Shown: positions 52,131 to 64,000 of the stretch, one piece after another
Layout: each line of letters opens with the position of its first letter
Position numbering within the stretch: position 1 is the first letter of the stretch
Source: the human T2T-CHM13v2.0 reference genome, Homo sapiens
Assembly (NCBI RefSeq): GCF_009914755.1
Contig: NC_060929.1
Strand: one strand, 5' to 3'
Length of the DNA stretch: 64,000 nucleotides
Program-made: the position numbers and the translations under genes
The notes under the pieces: model-generated
The model's database searches: none
Told to the model about the DNA's origin: nothing
Seen by the model: only the letters and a program-made list of their open reading frames with translations

Positions 52131-55100
52131 TTAATTTTACTCGGATTTATAATCAAATTTCTCCTTCCAAGTAAATTATTAGTGTGTGGTATCAAATGTG
52201 TCTGGCGAATTGAGGGATCTTTAAATATCATTAAGTCTTTAAGACTCAGAGTCGGCCGGCAGCTGCCTGCGTGTCTGGCTGAAGCCTTCCTGAACTAGGC
52301 TGGCTCTTTCTTGCTCGGTTTGGATGATACCAAGTAATTCAAAGTAGCGTAACAGGGGAGTGACTTAAGTCTCCTAAGAATTAGAAAGTTGCCTTAATTC
52401 TCAAAGCCTCATAAGTAATGGAGGACGTTAAATAGCAAAGAGTATAATTTAAACTGGGCTACAATTAAATGTGTGTGTGGCTATGTAGGAATGAAGCGTG
52501 TTTCTTCTCCTCCTGTACTCTCCCTCTCTTGACTGCGGAAATGGAACATCCTAAACAGTCTTTCTCTTGCCTTGGCTTAGCTGTGCTGTAGGATGGGACC
52601 TGGGCTTCTGTGTTGAGGTAACTTCTATTGTGAGGAAGAAGAGGGCGAAATTGTGTGGCATGATTTTTTTGTATGAAAAGTGAAGGGCCTATTCTTAATT
52701 TTGAACAACTGCCTGCTTTCTGATTTACTTTTGATCCGGATTTGTTGGATTCCTCACTGTACTGTGTAGGTTGAGCTTACAAAGGTGTGGATTTTGAGCA
52801 GTGCGATTACCCCCTTTCAGATTTGGGGTTGCTGTTGTTTTTGTCTCTGGGTTTTTATAAGGCGGGGAGGGTAAGGGGAAATGCCTAGGAAAGAAAATCA
52901 TGTGATGTATGTGAATGCCGACATCGTCATAGGATCGGACTGAAGCCTTTCTCCCTCTAGCCTCTGAATGGAAACCAACTCAGTTCAAACTAAATGCATC
53001 TTGTGCATGGGCCAGATCCTCATCTGCCCCGTTTACTTACATAACACATACTAGTCAATCGAAAATAGTGATCCTCTGCCCTCTACCTGCCACACATTCG
53101 TGATTGAATATTTAACCCTTGTTTTTATTTGGTCTGAAAATCAAATAAGCAGTTGCCACAAAGGGGGAATTTGTCTTATGTCATCCATGATGTGGGTCCG
53201 TAATTACTTAAGCAGCCCCTTTATCTTAATCCTGAACATTGAACACAAGGAATCCTATTTTGAGGCCATGAAAATCGGTTATCGTTTTATTCTTTGTTAC
53301 CTGAGTGAGAGGTGAGGGTAACGGTGGGCGAGTAGATGGGGGAAGTATTATAATAGTAAACTTTTAATGTTATTAGAAGGTTAAACATACATTTAAAAGA
53401 TTTTTTTAATACATAATTTTTTCTTTTCAGTTGTAGTAAAGTTCTCTTATAATATGGTTATTATGACTTAATATTGTTTGACATACATTCAGGGCAGGGA
53501 TTTAACTATGTGTGGTAGATAAAAACTTAGAGATAAATAAGAAAACAAGCAACAATCAGGTAACAAATTAACAAGTACTTTTCTTTAATGTTTTGCTTTG
53601 TCATATTAAGTTTTGTGTACAATTTAAGCTTATGTTTTACCATCTGGACAGGCAAAAATAGTAATCTCCACTCAGAAATGAAATCAGAATGACAATTAAG
53701 TAGTAAGATTTTCAGACTTTGTCCACAGTTTGTCAATGATAAATATTAGGGACCTTCCTACTGTAAAAAAGAGAAGGGGCCCCACAATATTTATGGGGAT
53801 ACATGTCATTCATGTGCCACATCTAAATTAATAGAGTGTATTGTGCACCTTTAATAGTGTCACTTGGTTTTTCTGTTTTCCTTCTATAATAAAATTCTAT
53901 AGAGGTGACTCTTGCTGTCTCATTTCCTGGCAGCTACGAAAACACCCCAAATATCTGCTTAATAAAAAAGCCCTTTGTTGTCTATGAAGGTCTTAAGGCT
54001 TTCCTTGATCCTGTTATATAATCCATGACGATGTTATTTGCTGACTTTGGGGGAGGGGAAGAAATGCCACCTGATTCATAGTTGTCATAAAAATATCCAA
54101 GATTCTCTGCATTTAGTTTAGCAACAGGAACGAGGGAACAGTTCACAATTGTGCCACAGAATTATTAGTTCCCAAAACTCCTGCATGGACTTTCTACCTG
54201 AATGTTGTATGCAGTTGATTCATTTATCAACTGTATGTGCCTGGATTGTGAATTTCTTGTTTTTCCCCCTCACATTACCATTATCCTTACTACCAAAACT
54301 AAAAAGGAGGAGAGAGAAAATTCTCTGAAATTGTTCTTGCTTAGCCCTGTACAATTAGCCATACAATTTGTAAAAGGAATACTTTTTAAGAAGGTTTAAA
54401 CTAGTCACTACTTTTCAAATCAGACATTGAGATGGTCAGGCTGCCTCTGGGCTTCATTATTTTATCTAATTGACTGATTCTGAATTCAGTCCTACACCAC
54501 TGCACTCAGTTCTAAAAGCAAGGCTTTGTTTTATTCTGGGTATTACCTGGTAACCAGTCAATTAAGAACATTAGTGGAACTCTGAAGGGAAAGCACTTCC
54601 ATAATCTCTTTGGAATCCAGTTGGGTTGATGCCAGTTGCTGTGTATTGGAAAAGAGAAGGAGGAATCAACCAATTAGAGCCCCCTTTTAGTGCTTGAGAA
54701 ACCAACAATAAAGAGCAAGTCTTAATTCTGAAGAGCAGCCCTGATTAATTGAAATATAAATAACTTTTAAAAATCTAACTTCTGCTGGCTATAATATTCC
54801 AAATAATAAATGTCTGGCATGGTTGACTAAATAGAGGTATTTAAACCAGCTGCCTGATTTCTTTATTGTAATGATCGGAAGTTGTTAGCATATAACAGAC
54901 TTTTCCAAATGTTACGAAATAAAAGGAGAAGTGTTCAGGGTTGTGTTCAAACCTGGTTTGGCCACTAGTAGTGCCTTAGATTGGTCACTTCTCTCTAGAC
55001 CTCAATTTCCTCACCTGTAAACGGAGGGGTTGAACTTAATGATCTTTACATTACCATCAGCAATTCAGTCTTACATTACAAAACTGGAGGTACAGTTTTA

Positions 55101-56557
55101 TATTTTAAAACTGAAGGTTTTTATGGTGTAATGACTGAAAGTAGCCCATGAATATCATGTGATTCTGGGTGTGGCAGTATTTCATATGGAGTAGTTTGTA
55201 TAAGGGCTATAATCAGAGATCAGATTTAGTCGGTTGAGTGAAGGCTTTGGGTCTAAACTACATCTTTTCTTTTTGAGATAGGCCTAAAAATATTATGTTT
55301 AGAAAACAGTTGTTTAAACTTGGCCTCGTGAAATGTTTTTGTTCTCCATTTGTGAACCATGGGCCTCTTCAGCCATGGGAATTATTTGATAGAGCCTGTG
55401 AACCCATTAGTGACCAGGCATTCCAGTTAGATGATAGATGTCACTTGTGTATGCATGATTATCTTCCAAAAGCATGTGGATGCTGATGTAATGCAATTAA
55501 AATACATTTAAAGGTGTTGCTGAGTTCATAGTAGCCTTCTGATATTAAGATTTTTTTTTGTTTTTGTTCTGTTTTACTTAGGGTAGAGACAGGGGTAGGA
55601 GTCTTCAGTTATTATTATGGAGGAAAGCCTCTCTGAAATATTTTGATCAAAGTAGGTCTTAATAGTTATTACAACAGATTATGAAATACTGCTCTAGAGA
55701 ACTTCCCTAATTTTTCTGCTTTATACTCTTGCCATTAGAATGCTCCTTGTTACAAAAAAGAACATAACATAAAAAAGGAATTTAACAGAGGAAATGGTGA
55801 GGAGGAGGACAGGGAGGAGTGAGGAGGCTACTGACGCTCTCCTAAATTGTCCTCTCCACCAAGTAGCATTTTGGAGCTTCCTGACATCTGAAGCCATCTT
55901 TATTCCTTTGTAGCAGGGTTAAGAATATGGGCTGCTGAGGCTACATCCTGCATGATGCCAGGGGGTAGAGGGAGCCATCTGACGAGATGGGTGCACTCCG
56001 TGTTGTATAACATGGCAGTTCTTGTTAGGAGGGGGAGGCAAGTGCTACTAAAGCCTCTTTAAGCCACATGGTTTGGAAGTGTCTTATATTTTAGCTTCTG
56101 CTTATACTCCACCTCCACAAATATTTGAACATATTCAATGTGCCAGGTAGATTGAAGGATAGTTTTGATGCTGTGCTGCATTTTTCCTTTTCGAGGTAGA
56201 CCTGGACATTCTGTATGGGAAGCAGCATTAACCAGTTTCAAGTGAAAGGGTGCTTACCTCTGATACCATTTCTCTTTTATTCAGTGCCCCTTCTGAGAAT
56301 TATTTGTAACCCAGATCCTTACGGTAACCTGTTATGTGAGTTTTGTGGTCTTCATTTTACAGTTGAAAAGAATTGGAGATCCCAAAGATGCAACAGCTTC
56401 TGTAAAGTCACTCAGATTCCTGGTACCTACAAGGGTCAATATAGGAGGAACACACAGCTTCTGGCTCCTGGTTCAATGGCCTGAGTATTTATTGTGTAGC
56501 CTCTGAGAAGGAAACAAACATAAGAAAATGGAAACATTTTTGTCTAGTATGCTTTGA

Positions 56558-56902
<345 letters not shown>

Positions 56903-59164
56903 TAATTTCAATTTAGGAGATGGTACAAAATTTAAAAATCTGTATTTTATCATAATCTATGAAAGATTCACACATCACAGTTGGCTGGTTTCATACTGAA
57001 GTGTGCCTTATTGGGAGTGGAAACTTTTCCAAGTTGACTTGTTCTCTTCCCTGATTCTGATTCACCAGATTTGCCATGGGACTTAAGCATGTGCATTCTT
57101 CATGTGATTCAGATACACTTCCTTCGCTTCCCACCCCCAACTTTTGCGCTGCTTTGGATGTATATGTAAAGTCCAGAGCTGTCTGAGGCCATTCATACAA
57201 CAAATATACATCAGGCATCTACTGTGCACCAGGTACTATGGTTGTTGGGATATATCAGGGACTAACTAAAAACAAAGGTTCCTGGCTTCATGCAGCTTAT
57301 TTTCCAAATAATTACCAGACATCTTTGAATATCCTGTTTATTATTTAATTTAGAAGATTAATAAGAGGAAAAGTAAGAACCCAGAGTATTGATAGGAGAA
57401 AATAGGTAGTGGGCCTTCTGAGAAATAACAAAAGGTGAAATTCTTATATCAGATATAAAATGCAAGTCCATTTTTCATTAAGGTTCAGAAAAGTTGTCAG
57501 AATTCATGTTAAGTAAGTGACTAGAGTTAATGATAGATAGGTCTGTATGCAGAAAGCCAACTAGTGACTTTGCAGATTGCTTTTTGGGGTTTGGACTTCA
57601 GTAAACAGTTTTAATGCAACTTTTTATCAGTGTAGTAGCATTCTATTTTATAAAATAATGGTTATAAATAAGAAACTCAGTCTTAATTCTCTTTAGTTTC
57701 TGTAGTCAGAGAAAAGTCTAATTAGATCTCTTGTGGCTTCTCTCTCTTATCTCTAAAGTTCTCAATCATTTACACTGACTTAGCTTGTGGTCCCTAGAGA
57801 TTTCATAAGTTTATCTTGGTGTTTTTTTATGTTCATGTCAGCACAGAGAGCCATTTGTCAAAATTATTTTCACCTTGGGGCCAGTTCTTTATTCATTGGT
57901 TCTTTTAATATATGTCTCTTGTAACACATGCTTCTTTTAAGCAAACTTTTTGCAAGGTAGGAGAATTTTAATTTACTGCCTTGGCTTTTTTTCTGGATTG
58001 CTTTAATTTTTTCTACTACTTGGTCTGTTTTTCCACTTTTCTTTCCATTATATTTTTTTCACCTTTTTTTTTCCAACTGACTTTGGCTGGCTTAGCTTGG
58101 ACAAAAACTACACCTAGTTTTGCCGAGTTTTTTAGAGCTTAAAAAATTGCCATTAATCTCTGGTATCATAACATCCTCTTAAGGCAAGTTATCTTGTTGC
58201 TCTGTCCTCTAAATGTAGCATCTAGAGTCAGAAGGCTTCTGGCAAGGATAAAAATAGCCTTCCTGCTTGCTGGTTTGTTGTTAGCTTTACTGGCAGTAGG
58301 AAATCTTTTGAATTCCTTAATTGGGTCAGCTTCTTACTAGTTTCTCTCTGGACATTCCCTTCTGCCTGAAATTCTTAGATGCTTTTAGATCTTGCAGCTT
58401 CGCACCTGCCCCGAGTTGTAGTCAAAGCAGTCCTTCCCTTCTATGAAACCTTCCTCCATCTGTAGAAACATATTCCATTGACCTCTCCCATCTTACAGAT
58501 AAGTGTTATTTTCTTTTGCCACTACTACAATCTGTTTTTCAATCATCATATTACAATTGAAACATTAAATTTGGGGTTTTGGTTCAAAATGAAGATCCTC
58601 TCTGGTTTTATTGAAAAGAAAAATTTTAGGTTGAATTTTTGAAGTTTTCATTAAAATTATTATGTATCTTTGCCAGTTTGGCTTTGATGAAAGTAAGGGG
58701 TTAGGTTTTGTTCTTTTCTCTCTTCCTGAGAAGACTTATATCCCTGTTTTTAACCAAGGACACTAGCAAATTCTCATTTTTCTGAAGCTGAAATATCCCC
58801 CAGATTTGCCCCTCCCTTTTCCAAGGTTCCAGTTTGGAACTTTTTGGCCAAAATAAATCCTACTTGTCCTTTCTCTTACAAGTGGAAAATTGTTGGTTAT
58901 CTTCGGCTTATTACTGGGGAAGGGAAAGGAATTAATTTTGTTAAGTACCTACTGCATATTGAGGGATTTTTTTTGGCATTCTGCAAACATTATCTCAAGA
59001 CTGTCTCACAACAGCTCTGTGAAGTCAATGGAATTATCTCTGTTTTCCTGAGGTTCAGCAAAGCTAAATAATTTGACTTAGGTCACAAGATGATACCGGC
59101 TTGACTCTACCCATTACACTGCATCTTCCATGGCAGAGAGATCATCAACTGCTGACTTTGCTTC

Positions 59165-59570
59165 ATTCATTTTCCACAGTTGTTTATTGAGCACCTTTCT
59201 CTGCTCCAGGCTCTGGGGTAGCACACCCAAAATCCATAAAGATCTCATTGCCCTACAGCAAGAGATTAAAACAAGTAATGTAAATATGGTGTAATAAGTG
59301 TAAAGAATACTGGAAGGAGTACAGAGGGTTATCTGAATCAAAGCAAGGATGATGTGGGGCAGGGAAGGCTTCTCATAAGATGTGAGGCCTAGCAGGGGAA
59401 CTGCTGGGACAAAAGTGTGGAGGCTTGAGTGGTAAGACATTGAGGGGCAGAGAGAGAGAGGAGGGCCTTCTAGGTAGAGGGAGTTACCCAGAAGTTGAAG
59501 TTATGGGCCAGCAGTTCTGAATGGCTGGAGTGCCTGATGTGGGAAGGGAAATGGCAGTGTGGAGAGTTAG
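59165..59570. mobile_element. L2 LINE fragment
   Basis: cattcatt...tgtttattgagcacct...ctctgctccaggctctgggg L2 terminal motif followed by purine-rich L2-like body. Confidence 0.55.
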
Positions 59571-61229
59571 GAAAGCCATTAATTCAAAGATTTTTGTAAG
59601 TACTGGCTTTTGAGCTGAAAGCCAAATTTGTAGCAGAGAAGGGTTTTGTTTAGCCTAAACTCTGTGTGTTTAGTGAATTTTAAGTGGCTCTTTGGGAGGG
59701 GACAAGACTCTTCAGCTGATATCTGTCTCAGCCAGTTCCTTCTTTGTGATTTTGCATGGGAATGTCTTTGTTGGAAGTTGGTTGTAGCACAGATAGATAA
59801 GGGGGTAGAATAAGCTTACTGATTTTGATTTGGGGAGTTATTTTTGTGTCAATACACTAAATTATTAAAAATTAAATTTATACCATTAAATTATAGAACA
59901 TATTGAATGCTGTTTTGTTCATATTGCTATGTCTTCTGCATTTGTGTAAGTATATAAAGTTGGCATTCAAAACCAGTGGATTTATTACACATTTCTTGAG
60001 CTTTGCTGTCCGATGTCCAGGTCCCCACAGCGCCATCTTGCTGCAAGTCTCAAGTGGAGTTTGTAAAAACAGAAGATGTGCAGGGGTAGGAGGACTACCT
60101 CCTTTAAAATATTACTTATGACAGTATAGTTTTGATTTACTTAGATGTGAGCTAAACAAAATCAGCAGGAGCAGAGGTAGGAGCAGCACTTCTAGTTAGG
60201 CAATCAACAACTGCAAATGTATGTGTATGTATATATTTGTGTGCATTAGAAATTTTTAATGGTGCTCACTGAAGACTCCTCTGCAAACACCCTGCTTTTC
60301 TTTGGAGTATCCACATTTTTATAGGGTGAATCAATCAAAAGTTGATCCTTAAAAATTTTATGCTACTTGTCACTTTAGAGTTATTCCCTATTATCATTCC
60401 TTGGCCTGCACCATGTTGTCAACATTGTTGGCATGACTGTGAAAAAGAAAAGCTTATAGATAGCGTGAAATCTAATTGTGCTGCAGATACATTTGATACT
60501 TTTTGGTGTTTGTGTGTTTGAAATGGCAGCATTTATTTTTATTATTTCCTGTTGAATTATCAGTAGTAGTAATATCTGGATTATTCTTTAGAAAATAACT
60601 TATTTTACCTAATTAATGAAAGTAATACTTATATATACTGCTAATGTAAAGGAGGATTTCCTCTGGTCTTTTCTCCTTTTATTTTTTGACTTGGTTACTT
60701 TAGTTAGTGTCTTAAAAGGATATGATAGTACATACTGTTCTTTTTAGCACCTCCTGCCCCCACCTATTCTAAGTCAGTCTGTTGGTAAATATTGGTTCTT
60801 CCAACTGGCAAATGCTTAGCATAGAATTGCCTAGTTGACGTATGGATCTTTTCTAGGTTGTAGGATTTGGTAGTGTAGATCCCCAGAGTCACACTGTATC
60901 TGTTGCCTATATTTGGCTAGGTTGAGTCATGTCACCAAATATAGCCTATGCCTTCGGCATGATGTATGCCAGGCTTCTGGTTCCAAATTCTGCAGCTGGC
61001 CTCCAGAGACTACTGCTTTTCCTGTCATAATGTTCCTTAAGATTAGGGCTGCTGACCAGGCAGTATTTTTTATATTTATAACAAAATCAATACCAAGAGC
61101 CTTCAAAGATTGAATTTTGCTCATCAAATAGGTTCACATGCTGAAATCCTAATGCCTTCCTTCTCCCTTTAGAAATTAAATTCTGAATGTGCCCAAACCT
61201 GGATAATGATTAAAGATAGATGAGTTCTT

Positions 61230-61608
<379 letters not shown>

Positions 61609-61858
61609 TTATTTTATTATACTTTACTTATGAAATACTGGTGTTCTGAGTTCAGTGGAATGAACTCATCAAATGCTCACCTGGTACCCAAACAGGACAC
61701 TCAAGATGCCTAGGTATTAAAAGCTCTAATTCCGAAGGGGGCTTTAATGTAAAAGAGGTAAGAAGGTTAGCCAGAAGCTGAAATGATTAGGTAAGAAAGT
61801 TAGTTGTTGCTTTGTAGCTACAAATAAAATTTGGTGAGTTCATTAAAAAGATGTTTCC

Positions 61859-62828
<970 letters not shown>

Positions 62829-63774
62829 TGACGTTTATATATTTATTTGTAAGTATGCAAATATGCTTATATAAAAGCACATATTTATATATCAACATAA
62901 AAATACATATATACGAGACACACACTCTTCATTGGGAACATGGAGTGAGGGCCACTGTCTCAGGCATGGGAGGGGATTATCAACTAGCTAGCCATGGAAT
63001 AGAAAAGCTATAGAAACTTACACCAATATAGCAGAGAGGATATTAGAACAGAAATAAAGGAAAAAGTACGAGAGTGCAAAAAGGTTGTAGATAACCAAAT
63101 TCCCATGGCACTTTTAATGGAAGCTTTTGGAGGATTTCCAGAAAGGAAATGATATGTGTTATCCATAATATGATGGACAACTCTTTAGATATTTTAGTTG
63201 TGGAGAGAATTTACGGAAGAGTAGGGCACACAAGTTAGGGAAGCATTATGAAAGTTAAAAAAAGAAAACAGTTTCTTAATGTCACTTATGTTAAAATTTA
63301 AGTAGAAAGAATAGCTGATTGTTTAACAGAATGTCACAGGTGTGTTTGCTACTAGAGACCACAATTGATTCTAACCTGACAACAGGAATCATATCACAAG
63401 GCCGGATCAAAAAAATTAAAAACAAGTATCACTTTCAGAGTTCAACTGTGAACTTTGCCAGTGATTTTTCAGTGTCGCATTGTGTCTTAGCTGGAGGGTA
63501 GAATGACTGTAACTTATAAGGCCAAGGGACAGGGAAAGTGTTAAAGGTCACCTCCTTTGGTTGTGGGAGGTCTCTTCAGGAGATATGGGAAGAGTTAATC
63601 TCATAATAGAGTTAAGAGACCGTTTTGTTACTGTCAAGTTGAAATTTTCTCTTTAAAAGATACCCAAAACATGAGTTTGTGATAAAGTGGAACTTCATTT
63701 GTGAAACTTCATTGTGAAACCAGCCTGTTTAGTAATTGTCTTTTGGATTCTCATTGTTCATTATCCTCCCTTAG

Positions 63775-64000
63775 GGCTGGGTGAGGTGGCTCATTCCTGT
63801 AAACCCGGCACTTGAAGAGGCTGAGGTGGGAGGATTGCTTGAGCCCAAGAGTTCAAGACCAGCCTGGGTAACATAGGGAGACCCCCATCTCTACAAAAAA
63901 TAAAAAATTAGCCAGGCATGGTGGCATGCATTGGTAGTCCCAGTCACTTGGGAGACTTGAGGTGGTAGGATCACTTAAGCCTGGGAGGTCGAGGCTGGAG
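63775..64000 (+). mobile_element. Alu (AluJ-type), cut by the window end
   Basis: ggctgggtgaggtggctcattcctgtaa... continues to the last base. Confidence 0.9.

Overview
Human (primate) genomic DNA holding about 22 kb of upstream sequence and the 5' half of CPEB4 (cytoplasmic polyadenylation element-binding protein 4) on the + strand. It contains a CpG-island promoter with a TSS near 22.7 kb and a ~1.4 kb 5'UTR with nine upstream ATGs. Coding exon 1 (24103-25227) gives 375 codons of the disordered N-terminal domain. A 19.7 kb intron 1 follows, then coding exon 2 (44885-44966, 82 nt) and the first 19 kb of intron 2. I could not find the downstream exons (neuronal microexon, RRMs, ZZ domain) in the window. 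The rest is typical primate repeat content: about 25 Alu/FLAM/FRAM elements, MIR, L2, L1M, MaLR LTRs, MER5A, a MADE1 remnant and microsatellites. There are no prokaryotic systems, and almost all listed ORFs are spurious. I cannot demonstrate a new biological system. The best leads are hypotheses about CPEB4 isoform control: (1) a latent 5'UTR intron whose removal would delete all nine uORFs; (2) intron-1 read-through with a proximal poly(A) signal, giving an IDR-only protein; (3) exon-2 Met starts that an upstream THE1D LTR or an intronic first exon could use; (4) several unexplained local duplications that copy TF motifs. Repeat boundaries and subfamily names were assigned by eye and are approximate.
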